Shown here: positions 1 through 11,969 of the stretch, one piece after another | Layout: every line of letters starts with the position of its first letter | How positions within the stretch are numbered: position 1 is the first letter of the stretch | Source of the DNA: Neoconidiobolus thromboides FSU 785 | Lineage: Eukaryota > Fungi > Entomophthoromycota | Direction: 5' to 3' | NCBI GenBank assembly: GCA_025603075.1 | Contig: MU626369.1 | Coordinates: 1 to 64,000 of the forward strand | Length of the DNA stretch: 64,000 nucleotides | Notes under the pieces: model-generated | The model's input: the letters and a program-made list of their open reading frames with translations, nothing else | The model's database searches: none | Told to the model about the DNA's origin: nothing | Made by a program: the position numbers and the translations under genes

Positions 1-1
1 T

Positions 2-175
2 TTCGTATTTTATACAGCTTGTGCAGGCTGGCATACAGCTGCACTTGCAGTCAACCTCTCTGATTTAAATGCCATTCCTCCAGAGTATCCTATCCATGAA
101 AGACCTAGACCTAGGAGATTGATGCATCAAGCGGTGGAAATTGAAGGTGACTTTGTGCCATTTGATTTCCAATAA
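2..175 (+). CDS. 3' end (partial) of an F-box/RCC1-repeat protein, paralog of 47233-48732
   Basis: Frame 2 reads FVFYTACAGWHTAALAVNLSDLNAIPPEYPIHERPRPRRLMHQAVEIEGDFVPFDFQ*. The first ~33 aa match FVFYTACAGWHTAALAVNLRDLNATPPEYPIQER near the end of the 47233 gene. Not in the ORF track because it is truncated by the window edge. Confidence 0.9.
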   Translation, partial: FVFYTACAGWHTAALAVNLSDLNAIPPEYPIHERPRPRRLMHQAVEIEGDFVPFDFQ

Positions 176-467
176 ATTATCCAAAGTATACTAAAATTTA
201 GCCAAATCAAACTTTTGTAAATAAATGATTAAATCTGAGTCAGAATATTTGAAATATAGTTTTATATTCAATAGTTTAATTATGATGCTTTTTAAAATAA
301 CTCAGTAAGGCAAGCAATAAATAGCATACCAGAATAGTACGTTTACTAAATAATTGTTTATCATGAATTTTTATTAAGTCTTTTAGTAGTAGTAAAAATT
401 ACTTGTAAAAGAATTTTATTTAGCCTATTTATTAATAAAACTTTAATAACTTGACAACTAAGGCTGA

Positions 468-502
468 CCAATCAAATCAGATTGATCAGTCTTAAAACCA
501 AT
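468..502 (+). promoter_or_regulatory. Two CCAAT boxes upstream of the mitochondrial carrier
   Basis: CCAAT at 468-472 and 498-502, about 165-200 bp before the ATG at 667. Motif match only. Confidence 0.3.
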
Positions 503-666
503 AAATCAGCATCAACTAAATGAGATCATAAATTTCCCAAGCTTGGAACTGAAATCCATAAAATTTAATACAATCAAGTAATCAGTAAACACAAAAAAGT
601 TATAAGATTTCTTCATAAGATAATTAATATCAGTTCAGCTTTCCATTAACAACTACAATAGTAACA

Positions 667-1746
667 ATGGGCGCTTCAATAATATCCATGAATCAAAACA
701 AGGATCAAAATAATAAAGCAGATTTAATTTTAGAAAAGGATTATAACAAAAAACTAAATGATTTAATTTATAAACATCGAACTGGAATAGCAGCTGGGAG
801 CAGTGGAATAACTTCCGTATTAGTAGGACACCCATTTGATACATTAAAAACAAGAATGCAAGTAGCCGATCCACCATTAAGTTTGTCACAATGTTATAAA
901 GATATAGTAGGACGCTATGGATATTTATCATTGTGGCGAGGGGTAGCTGGACCTTTGTGTGTAGTAAGTTTATTAAAAGGTTTTTCATTTACAAGTTATG
1001 ATATGGCATCACGTACTTTAATGCATAAATTTTATGATGTTAATGCAAGTTCCATGTTCAACTCGAAATTAAATAAAGAATGGTTTGATTTGCCTCATTA
1101 TTCAAAATACAATGACACCCCATTCTATAAAAAATTACCATTGTTGATGGCTTCAGGCGCTTTCGCTGGAACTTTGACGGTCATGCTTAGTGGCCCATTG
1201 GAATTAATTAAAGTACAAGTTCAACTTGGTAGAAGACAAACTTCAATTCCAGGAAGTGGGGATGCGATAATTAAAAAAAAGAGTGAAGGTATTATCAGCT
1301 GTGCAAAACGAATTTATAATACAGCAGGTGTAACAGGATTTTATAGAGGAGTATTAGCGCATTTATATAGAGATGGATTCGGTACCGCAATTTATTTTGG
1401 TGGGTATGAATCATTTAAAACATTAATTAATCAAAGTGGATTATTTTCGTTTGGTTTAACCTCTTTAGTATCAGGCGGTTTAGCAGGCACCCTTTCTTGG
1501 TGTGTATTATTTCCAATCGATGTAGTTAAATCACGATTACAAAAAGAAGCCTTTTTACCAAAACAACATCAAAAATTTGATGGTTCTATTATAAAGTGTA
1601 TTAAATTACTCTATCGCACAAATAATAACTTTAAAGTATTTTATGCTGGCCTCCCTCCTACCTTACTTAGAGCATTACCTATCCATGCGCTCAATTTTAC
1701 CATTTATGAAAATGTTATGAAATGGATTGAAGACACTCATCAATAA
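667..1746 (+). CDS. Mitochondrial carrier (SLC25) protein, carnitine/ornithine/YMC-like
   Basis: Three carrier signatures PFDTLKTR, PLELIKVQ and PIDVVKSR, plus LWRG, FYRG and FYAG motifs. Intronless, 359 aa. Confidence 0.93.
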   Translation: MGASIISMNQNKDQNNKADLILEKDYNKKLNDLIYKHRTGIAAGSSGITSVLVGHPFDTLKTRMQVADPPLSLSQCYKDIVGRYGYLSLWRGVAGPLCVVSLLKGFSFTSYDMASRTLMHKFYDVNASSMFNSKLNKEWFDLPHYSKYNDTPFYKKLPLLMASGAFAGTLTVMLSGPLELIKVQVQLGRRQTSIPGSGDAIIKKKSEGIISCAKRIYNTAGVTGFYRGVLAHLYRDGFGTAIYFGGYESFKTLINQSGLFSFGLTSLVSGGLAGTLSWCVLFPIDVVKSRLQKEAFLPKQHQKFDGSIIKCIKLLYRTNNNFKVFYAGLPPTLLRALPIHALNFTIYENVMKWIEDTHQ

Positions 1747-2406
1747 GTTTAAATTATAAGTTTATTTAGAGTATCAATAGTTTATGGGTTTTATTACAAT
1801 GTAGTTTATATTTTAAAATCTGCTGAAATGGGTTATAAAAGCATTATTAATATTAACATGCACAATCTATATTATTATTAAGTATTATTGGTTTGGTCTA
1901 TAGTTAAGTATAATCATTGCTTTTTATTTAGATTTAATAAACATTTTTAGATTTGGATTTTTGTTTCTATAAATTGATAACTTAAATTCAATTAAACTGT
2001 ACATTGATCTTTAATATATCTTAGTTTTTATAAATTAGTTTATTTAACGTTTTTATTTTTTATATAATTTAAATAGCCCAAACTATAATACAATTATATT
2101 TAGTAGTTTGTTATTTGAATAAAGATTTTAAAAGTAAACTCTTATTATTTTATTATCCTTCTCCTTGAATGATTTGATAAAAAGGACTTACTGAACATCA
2201 TATATCGCTTTTTCAACTCATAGAACAGTATATAGAATATAAAACATCACCAATTCAATTTCACTACATATTTTCCCCCCGATAATCTCATTAAATTGAA
2301 CTTGAAATGATTTGCTAGCCTAGATTACGAATTTCGCTTAATACAAAACTCCAAAACCTTGTCCCAAAAACTAAAAACTAATTTTCTAACAATTTTCTAC
2401 TCAATC

Positions 2407-3093
2407 ATGACCCTCAATCCTCAGTTTTATTTTATTGGTGACTCTTTAACTGAACTTGGATACTCCCTTTCCACCCGAGGTTGGTTACTAAATATCCAAG
2501 AAGCTTACATACGTAAAGTGGATATTATCAATCGAGGTTATTCAGGTTACAATACTACTTGGATAAAGCCCATTATTACCCAAATACTCGAAGAAATGTC
2601 ATCAAAAGATGTTCGATTAGTAACCTTGTTTATTGGAGCTAATGATGCAGTGACTGAAGAAGGTAGTGGACAACATGTGAGTTTAAATGAATATAGAGAA
2701 AATTTATGTTGGATGATTAATGAAATTAGAAAGAAGGTGAGCTTGGCAAAATTAATTTTAATTACACCAACCCCAGTTTATGGAGATGATTGGATTAAAG
2801 ATCAACTTTTAAAAGGCTTAGATTACAAATTAGATAGACATAATAATATTATTAAAAAATATGTTGATTGTGTGATGGAAGTTGGTCTTGAGTATGAGAT
2901 TCCAACGGTGGACCTTTGGAATAAATTTGATTCAAAAGATACCTCCTTGTTTACAGATGGTCTGCATTTTTCTGTTAAAGGTAATCAAATTCTCTATGAG
3001 CAGTGGAAAGCTTGTATTGAAAACAATTATCCTGAGTTAGCTGATTCTAATTTACAATTTGTGTACCCTTATTGGAAAGATTATTTGAATTAG
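2407..3093 (+). CDS. IAH1: SGNH/GDSL hydrolase, isoamyl-acetate-hydrolysing esterase-like
   Basis: FIGDSLTE (block I), NRGYSGYNT (II), FIGANDA (III), DGLHFS (V). First ATG is at 2407; the ORF track starts at an upstream TTG. Confidence 0.88.
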   Translation: MTLNPQFYFIGDSLTELGYSLSTRGWLLNIQEAYIRKVDIINRGYSGYNTTWIKPIITQILEEMSSKDVRLVTLFIGANDAVTEEGSGQHVSLNEYRENLCWMINEIRKKVSLAKLILITPTPVYGDDWIKDQLLKGLDYKLDRHNNIIKKYVDCVMEVGLEYEIPTVDLWNKFDSKDTSLFTDGLHFSVKGNQILYEQWKACIENNYPELADSNLQFVYPYWKDYLN

Positions 3094-4032
3094 TGGAAAA
3101 AGCTTAGAGTTTTAGTGAATTTTAGTGAAATAAACTGTTCATTGTTAAGTCTTATGGATATGGATAATTGGACTATCTTTAATAAAGTAAAATTAAAATA
3201 TTTGACAAGTTAATTATAAATTATAGTCAATTCACTATTTTTGAAACTTTCTAGCTTTTAGTTATCATTTTAAATGGAATGTTAATAATACTCTACATTA
3301 ATATATATACTCTAATAGAATTTTTCCAATACTCTAAAATTTCAAAAGCGCCATTTAATTTAAGTTAAATTAACCTTTTTATTAATACAACTTCTACTTT
3401 AATTATTAATTTTGCTAATGAACATAAAACTTATACCAATTTTAAAAAATAGAAATTCATGCAATTAAGGGGTAGAAAGAAAACTGAATTTTTGAGTCAC
3501 AACCCTTCAGTTAGGAATCTTGGTCTTACTGTGAATTTAATCTAAACAGGACACAATTTTTTAGTTTATTAGCATTATCATTTAATATATATTTACCATA
3601 ATATAAACTTTACTACGCTTAAACTTTAAAATGAAAAATAAGACGAATTAAAAAATTTTACCACGTTTAATTTACAACTACAACAAAAGTTACAATGCTA
3701 GCTTTGAGGAGGCATTCAAAGTGAAAAAAGGCAATTTTTAGCCAATTATGCTAAATAATTTAGAGATCTTTAGGGTAAAAATAAACCCGCGTTTAGATTT
3801 CAATACTTGAATAATTACCCACCAAAAACAACTTTTAAACAAGTAAAAGCTCAAGTTTAAGGAAGCATAAATCATAAAACATTGCTAAATAATGGTGCAT
3901 AATAAAAGCCCCAATCTTTGGGTGTTACAAGAGTTGAGATTCAAATGAATATAAATAAAACTACAATACTCATTCTATTGAAAACTGATTTTAATTAAAT
4001 ATTATTTTTTGTATATTAATAATATATCCAAA

Positions 4033-4617
4033 ATGATGATTAACTCATATATATTATACGATCATAATTCATCTCATCTACCAATGACAACACCAGCACC
4101 AATGTTTATACCAAATGATCCCAATTTACAACGAAATTTAACTAATATTCTATTAGATAATGGAGAAAGTCAAATAATTAATGAAGCCAATACCACCAAA
4201 TTAGTATATCCTAAAGTTTACATCAATTGGGACACCATGTTACAAGATGGTCGTTCACTTATCTTACGAGGTGAAGTAAGTGAAATTAAACCATTTAAAT
4301 CTACCGTCATCAACACCTTTTTACTTCAATTAACATGGCCTATACTAATACTTATTCTTTACTTATTATTTCAATTTTTTTATCCCACTTTTTCCATTTG
4401 GTTTTCTTGGGTAGGTATACTACTCACTGTTTTCATGATTTATAGAGGTAAAGAATGTTATTGTTTAATAAGGGATTTAAATAATCCAGATAAATCCTTT
4501 CCTCAATTGCCAAGGTATACTGAACAGATTAATAATCGTAATTCATTGCCACCACCGGCTTATCAATCTGCCATGCAATTGCCACCAGCTTATGTACCTG
4601 GGAATAGGCAGGAGTAA
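4033..4617 (+). CDS. Hypothetical two-TM membrane protein with C-terminal PY motifs
   Basis: ATG at 4033. Two hydrophobic segments (TFLLQLTWPILILILYLLFQFF; FSIWFSWVGILLTVFMIY) are followed by LPRY, PPAY and PPAY. Confidence 0.7.
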   Translation: MMINSYILYDHNSSHLPMTTPAPMFIPNDPNLQRNLTNILLDNGESQIINEANTTKLVYPKVYINWDTMLQDGRSLILRGEVSEIKPFKSTVINTFLLQLTWPILILILYLLFQFFYPTFSIWFSWVGILLTVFMIYRGKECYCLIRDLNNPDKSFPQLPRYTEQINNRNSLPPPAYQSAMQLPPAYVPGNRQE

Positions 4618-5453
4618 TTTAGGTTGGGTTCGTTTTTAAAAGTTGTTTTCTTTTTTTCTTTTGATGGAGATAGTGAGGTGTTCGATATATATTTGATATA
4701 ATAAATTAATATAGTATTGTTATTATATAAGATTGTATAAGGACATATTTCGTTTAATTCGATTTACTTTAATTTTATAAAATAATCAAAATATTGTTAA
4801 ATTTGGTAAAAATGAATTCCAGTTTCTAACTCATAGCATGATTCTTTTATTTTAATCCTTGATTGCAAATGCATTATTACTTTCTATCATAATAATGTGA
4901 ATTATTGTTATTATAAATATTACTATTCTACTAATCATTTATTATTCTTTGTATGATAATAATAGCGTAATTATTATCATTATAAATAATTCAAATAGTA
5001 TAAATACATTAACATGTTATCATGTAAATAATATGATCATGAATAAATTTTTTAATTTTATTATAAATGTTTAAATTTTTGATTAATATATAATCAACCG
5101 ATTTTCAGTTTTATTAAAAATCTATCAACAATAAAGTTATGTACAAAACTTTAATTATAAATCAAAGCAATGACATGTAGAATTCAACTATAGGCAATTC
5201 AATTGATTTTATTTTTTTAACTAATACTATCAGCAATTAATTTCAATTATCCAACATTAACTCCCATTTTATTTGAAGTAGATTGACAACTTTTAGTTAA
5301 TAGACTAATATAGTTCTTGAATTTCAATGAATTATGCAACTAACAAGCTTTGCATTGGATATCCACCAATGACCTTTCATTCTATCAACTTATGCTTCGT
5401 AATAACAGTGTGTTTTCAATAAGCAAAGCTTTAAGCTTTTTATATATAAAATA

Positions 5454-7633
5454 ATGAAAAATTGGAATTTTAATAAATATAATTGTATTAATGTAAGATT
5501 ATTATTATTTGGATATTGAGAAATTGATATAGAACTGAAATTTTGTTAGATTAACTCGATCAATGAAGAATGGAAATTACCTGATATTGGAGATAGTAGA
5601 CCTTGGGTAAGAGAATGTTAATTATAATTGAAGAATGGAAATTAAATTAAATTCTGTGTATAGAGGATGAATTTATCAGCTAGTTATGAGGATGTATTTT
5701 TTTTAGGTAAGTTGTATACAGATTGTAATAATCAATAGAAATAGTGAAGCTAATATTATATTTTTTATCAATAAAAGCGGTGGATGATAAAATTCATGTG
5801 TATGAAATACCTAATTTAAGTTATAATAATGAACTCAATACAAATCATATCAAAGAGAACCATTTAAAACCAATAAAAATTATTGATATGCCAAATGATT
5901 TTACACAAGAAGAATTAGCTAATATGCAAGGAACCAGAAGTATCAATACTATAAAAGTAGGCTACATAGATGATGAATCCATCTTAGTAACCGCAGATGA
6001 CCGAGGTATTATTCGAGTGTTTTTTTTAAGTGAAATAGACAAAAAACCAATATCATTTTATAATCAATGTTCTAGTTGGGGTGTAGCTATTAATTCTAAA
6101 GATAAAATAATAGCAGTTAGTTCTAATTTACATGTTATTACATTATTTAATTTGCAAAATAATAACATAACTAAGCTTTATGGGCATGAAGATAATATAC
6201 CATATTTAGATTTCCATCAAAATGGCCAAAGGTTAGTTTCTTGTTCAATTGATGGTACATGTAGAGTATGGGATATTATTTTAGGTCGATGTTTAGCGGA
6301 GATTCAATTGAATTCAGGTTATCTCTGGTCATGTGAATATTTATATAAAGACTATTTTTTATCAGTGGAAAAGGATTCACTATTTAATAGTATTCAAGAA
6401 GAACAAGAATATAATGGTAGGAATTTTAATTTATCAGAAAGAATTCGTCAACATAGAAGGAGAGAGCATGTCAATGATGAAAGATTAGGAAATTTTAATT
6501 TAAATCAAGGTTTAAATAACTACTTCAACGATAACGAAAGGGAAACTAATGAATTGGACAACAATAACCTTTATAGATTAAGTTTACGTCAAAGAAATCA
6601 AATGCTCGAAGAAATGGACTTAAATTTTAATCAGAATTTATTTTTAAATCCAAATTTAATCAATAATGAAAATGAGACTCAACTTAATTATACTAATGAA
6701 GAAGATAGTTTTGGTTATTATGAAGATGAAAATGAAGATGAAATAGAACAAGATGAAGATGAAATTGAAATCGAAAATCAATATAGCTTTTTTCGAGATT
6801 TGATAGAATATCAAAATAATGAATATTATACACAACCGCAGTCTCAATCTGATATCAATAATGAAGATTATGAAGAAATAAGAGCTTATTATAACGGACG
6901 ATTGAGAAGTAGTTTTAGTGATGAAAGAGATAGTATTAGTCCAATGAATGAATTAATTATCACCGAAAATGATGTTAATTTACTTAATCAAGAAATTAAT
7001 TTAAACGAAAATGAAAATGAGAAATTGATAAATAAATTAAATGTATTTCAAGGTAAGTTATTCAGTTATGAATTATATAATCAATATTATCAACTTAAGA
7101 ATGAAATGAAACAATTGGAAGTTAAACTAAATTTATTTTATAACCAATTTATAAAATATATAAAAGATAATCAGTTTATTGAAGAATTAATTGAAACTAT
7201 TAAATGTATTATTAATTTATTTGATAATATAATGGTTAAAACATCAATTTCATATTCTAAAAATCAAATGGAATATTTGTTATCAAAATTAATAAGGTAT
7301 TTCAATTTAATTAAAGAAATAATAGATGAAAAATTAAGTGATAATAAATTAATTGAAATAATGATAACAGATAGTAAATTTTATAAATATAAATTAGATA
7401 TTGAAAAAGAAGAAGATATAATAATAATATGTAGTATTAATTCGATCTTTTTATTAAAATATAATAATAATGAATTAATAATACTCAATCATATTAAACA
7501 AGTAATTGAAGAAGATAGCAATAATGCAGTTATTAATCAATTTCAAAGATTAAATATGTTAATTAAAATCAATGAATTTAATTGTTTATTATCAATTTCT
7601 CAAAAAGGCCAAGGTAAATTAATTAGAATAGTA

Positions 7634-7666
<33 letters not shown>

Positions 7667-7918
7667 CAAATTCAACTTCGAATGGAAAGTATAATACCAA
7701 TGAAATCCATTCAACCATGTCCAATATTAGGTATATTTATTAAAAAATATAAAAAATCAGATAAAACTTGCAATTTATTTTTAAAAATTCCTAATTTGAA
7801 TTTGTTAATTGATGTCTATTTAATTTATTACGATGGTCGAATGATATCATTTTCATTAAATCAATCTCAATTACCTAAGATTAGTACTTATCTATTAGAA
7901 ACTACCAATTTATTTTAA
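5454..7918 (+). CDS. CRT10: CRT10-like WD40 protein, 4 exons
   Basis: Exons 5454-5492, 5550-5606, 5664-5706 and 5778-7918 splice in frame through GT-AG introns to give ...RPW-RMNLSASYEDVFFLAVDDKIHVY. WD40 repeats (SSWGVAIN, GHEDNIPYLDF, SIDGTCRVWD), acidic/Asn low-complexity middle, C-terminal YYDG. Confidence 0.75.
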
Positions 7919-9838
7919 GGCCATTGTAAATCTATCTTTGTCACATCTAGTTCCAATAAATCCATGGATTTTTGTTGTAATAAATCTTTAATATTAGGTA
8001 ACGTTCTTCCCATATCTCCATGAACTAATTCTTTAATATATGTACCTGCTTCAGCTTGTAATTTAATTAAAATAAAATTTGGTTTTATAAAATGATAATT
8101 TATAGAATAAATTGTTTTTTTTCGTATCATTGGACTACGTCTATATTAAAAATAAATCAGTTTTATATTATGTTACATACTATTATATATTATTTACCTA
8201 TGTAATACTCTCAATGGAGTGTCTTGTAATAAATCAAAATTAGTAGGTAAATCAGCAATCAATTGATTTAGTTTCAACTCTGATTCGATATCACTAGCAT
8301 AACATAAACATTGATAGTGTTTTACTTTTTTTTCTTCACCTTCTTTTAATTTTTTTAATTCTTCTCTATTAAAATTAATTTAATAAAAAATGTTAATAAA
8401 TTTTATTCTATTAATTATTTCAATATTGATTATTATTTAACTACTTACTTTGTTATCCATTTTAATTGAACTACATTAACTAGTTTATTACTATTGATTT
8501 CATCTAATAAATTAATATATATTTGATTAAAATTATTTATTAATTAATTTATTTATTTACCTGATAATTGTTTCAATTGCATCTCATTAATTGTCACAAT
8601 TCTCGGATTAATCAATTCAATAGAAAAAGGTCGACCTTCTCCTAGCATTCTAACATCGGCATCTTCTCTACCTGAAGCAACAAAATTGGTATTATCTGCT
8701 TTAAAAAAAAGCTTCAACTTTTCGTCAATCAATTCTGATACTGAATATTTGGTTTTTTTAATCCCATTAATTACCCAAGGTGTTTGGGATATATTTCTTT
8801 CCAACTTTTTATATCTTCCACCAATAAAAATCGAATCATGTAATAAACTTACATTTTCAAATCTTGCTGTAGTAGAGAGTTTTTTGACTGGTAGAGAATA
8901 TAATAAATTGACATTTTGTTGATTAATATGTCGTAAGTTCTCAATTACTTTACTTCGAGAATTTTGTATTTTTTTCCATTTAATTGTATAGCCATCCACT
9001 TCTTTTTCTAAATTATTAATTAAATAGTCACTCTCTTCATGTTCCATTGTTATTGTTATATTTAATTTAGACTAATTAATAAAATAAATAAATAAATAAT
9101 AAATAAATAATAAATAAATAAATAAATAATAAATAAATAATAATAAAACAAAATTAATTGACTTACTTCTAAATTATAGTTCAATCCGAATTCTTTTTCA
9201 ATTTGTTTACCAATTAAATTTCTCAATATTACTTTCAAAGAAACAAATTTTTCTTCATTAATCTCATTACTATAACTCAATATTTAAAAATAAAATTAAT
9301 AAATTAATAACTTACTTAATTAAATTTAGAAATTCCATTTTAGCTAATTTTTCCAGTATTAATGTGCCTTTAGCTAACGCTATATTCACTTGAAAATCAT
9401 CAACTTCATACCCTTCATTTTTGATTTTTTTGTATATTATTCCACTTAATTCTTGAATCTTCGATTGCTTTAATAAACCAGTACATCCAATACAACTTTG
9501 AGTATCGAATTCAATTTCATTATTAATAATCTTTAATAATTCTTCTTCTAATAACTGAATTAATTAATTAATTAATAATCAAATTTAATAAAAAACAATT
9601 AATAAAATGATATTTTTTAAATAACTTACTTTTTCTTCTATATTATTATCTACATTGATTAGAAACAACCTGCAACAACAATAACTACAATAACCATTAG
9701 AAATCAATCGTTTTAAATAAAAAGTAGTATCTTCATTAAGTTTTCTTTCTTCTTTGAACTCATTTAATTGGGATAAAACTAAATTTAAAATAAGTTAATT
9801 TTGTAGTTTCAAAGGCTTTAATATTACTTACTTGACAT
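7915..9838 (-). CDS. PUS10: tRNA pseudouridine synthase Pus10, multi-exon
   Basis: Catalytic ASGREDADVRMLGEGRPF, QAEAGTYIKELVHGDMGRT, C-terminal ELDVTKIDLQWP, N-terminal Cys clusters (YCSYCCCRF, CIGC). ATG at 9838 is followed by a GTAAGT intron. Confidence 0.92.
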
Positions 9839-10470
9839 TACTTGAAATTAAAAAAGAATTTTTTAATAAATATTCAAAATAGTTTTAAAAATTCAAAAAT
9901 TGAAAGAAGTTTTATTTAATTGGTTGAAATATTCTTCAAAATCAATCCCAATTTAAAAGATTTTTAAATTCAATTTAAAAACTGAGAATCTAAAAAGGGA
10001 CTAATTGGATGGACTTGTGTGTATCAAACACAAATAATAGAATCAATGCTTTTTAATTTTCAATTTCAATTCCAATTCTACAATAACAACTATATTATAT
10101 TGTAATTACAATCTGATGAACTCATTGACTATTGAGTTTTATAGAAATTGAATTTAATTATATTAAAATAGACTAAGAATCAAGGTTCAATTTAAACCCA
10201 ACTTTTATAAGATATTTGATACTTAATTGGCTAATTATAAAAAAGATGTCTCATTAAAGTTTTATAACATTATTAACTTTTTTTAATTAGACTATATTTA
10301 AAATAGAAGTATAAATTAGATTTTAAAAGCTATTGAAAATTCCAATTGAGCGTTTCAAAATCAAGTAAGCACATAAAGTGTTAAATTATAAAATAATCTA
10401 TTAATAATGGATAATCTTTTTATTTTACTCAAGTTTAAAGTGAATTTTTAAACTTAAAGTATACTAGAGA

Positions 10471-10597
10471 GAAGGTTCAAGCTGCTATTCACAAAACTTG
10501 ATTTATTTAGTAAAGCATAATTTCTTTTAAATAAAGTAAATACCTTTTCATATTTTACTAAATAAATCAAGCTTTGTGAATAACAACTTGAACCTTC
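10471..10597. repeat. Inverted repeat: 44-bp arms, 39-nt loop
   Basis: Arm 10471-10514 (gaaggttcaagctgctattcacaaaacttgatttatttagtaaa) matches the reverse complement of 10554-10597 at 41 of 44 positions. Confidence 0.93.
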
Positions 10598-11146
10598 TTT
10601 AGTGATATAAGGAAAAAGGATGGAAAATTAAATGCTTTTTAGAATCTTTAAAAAAATTGAAGTGTTTTTTTATTGACATCATTACTAATTAGCTGCTTTT
10701 AAAATATTCAACTTCGGCTCATTTTCTTAAGAATAAGCAAAGATTTAAACACTTAGTTCTATTTTTATATAATTTTGAGATTTTTAGTTTGAAATTTAAA
10801 ATCTTTTTGATCTTATTATTTTTACCATATTCATCACTTATTAACATAGAATAGAACTTATTAAAATTATCAATGTAACTAAAATAACAGGACCATTTGT
10901 TTCTAGTAAAATCGAATAGAACATGCTTCTTTCTACATTAATAACTTATCAACAATACATCAATAATTGTGTTAAAATATTTAAGTTTATTTTTAGGTAT
11001 TCATTTATTTTTAGAATCTACTCAGAACTTCCAATCAGGTGATTGAATTATTTTTATACTATAGAGGAATAAAATGAAAATAGAGCATTTCTTTTAATTT
11101 AAATTTTTTTGTAAATAAATAATTAGTAATAAAAGATAGCATCCTT

Positions 11147-11969
11147 ATGGAATCCAATATGAATCCAAATAACAATGGAAATTATTCCACATCGACTACA
11201 CTCAATAAACAAGATGAAAGCTTTGTATCATTAAGAGAAATATTAGAAAAATTTGGTAATAATCCAGAGTTATTGAATACCATTTTAGTAGCTAAAGCGG
11301 AACAAGATAAGGTAAACTAAACCTTTTTATTTTTTAAATTGATTTTTTTTATATTGAAACTAACTGTTATAAAAGTTAAAATCCGAAGAATTACGCCATC
11401 AAACTGAATTACTACGGTATGAATCCAAGCGTTTAGAATATGAGTTAAATAATCCACAATCCCCTAATAACCAAGCGCCTTATTTATTACAAAACATGTC
11501 CGCATCGAGTAATAATTTAGCATCGTATAATCCGTACTGTTTATCACCATCCAAAAATACCACTACGAACTATAATCCCAATATTCAATTCAATCACAAT
11601 TATAATCAACAACATTCTATTGATCCCGAAGAACTATTTATAGCTAATGATTTTAAAAATATTCAATTAAGTTCACCACCTAATCATACATCTTCTCACC
11701 GTAGTCCTTATCAACACCGTAATCCATCTAGAGAAGAAGTATTAACAGCTATACGTAATAAAGTAAGAGCCAATTCTTTTGCTAAGGCTCAATCCAGTCA
11801 TCCTATGAATCAAGATATTACTTCATCTCAAGAAAGTCTACATCACCATTATCATCATCGATCAAGTTCTATTGATTCTAAGTTAGATGTATCCTCCTCA
11901 ATTAATCAATTTTTAAATACCAATCGTAAGTTTCAAACACTGGGGAACATGGAGTTAAGTAAAAAATAA
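11147..11969 (+). CDS. Hypothetical protein, 2 exons (short helical N-terminus, Asn/Ser/His-rich tail)
   Basis: Exon 1 (11147-11311) encodes MESNMNP...LREILEKFGNNPELLNTILVAKAEQDK. Intron 11312-11375 is GTAAAC...CTAAC...AAAG. Exon 2 is in frame with the 11496 ORF. Confidence 0.75.

Noticed and set aside
653-988. 111-aa minus-strand ORF, and similar shadow ORFs at 6656, 8686, 15501, 23780, 27358, 28979, 29972, 32562, 32578, 32909, 33671, 37721, 40736, 47451 and 52184
   Set aside because: They are antisense or alternate-frame overlaps of better-supported genes and have no motifs of their own.
9062-9280. 72-aa ORF with a hydrophobic YYYLFIIYLF tail
   Set aside because: It is a PUS10 exon read through into an (ATAA)n-rich intron, not a membrane protein.
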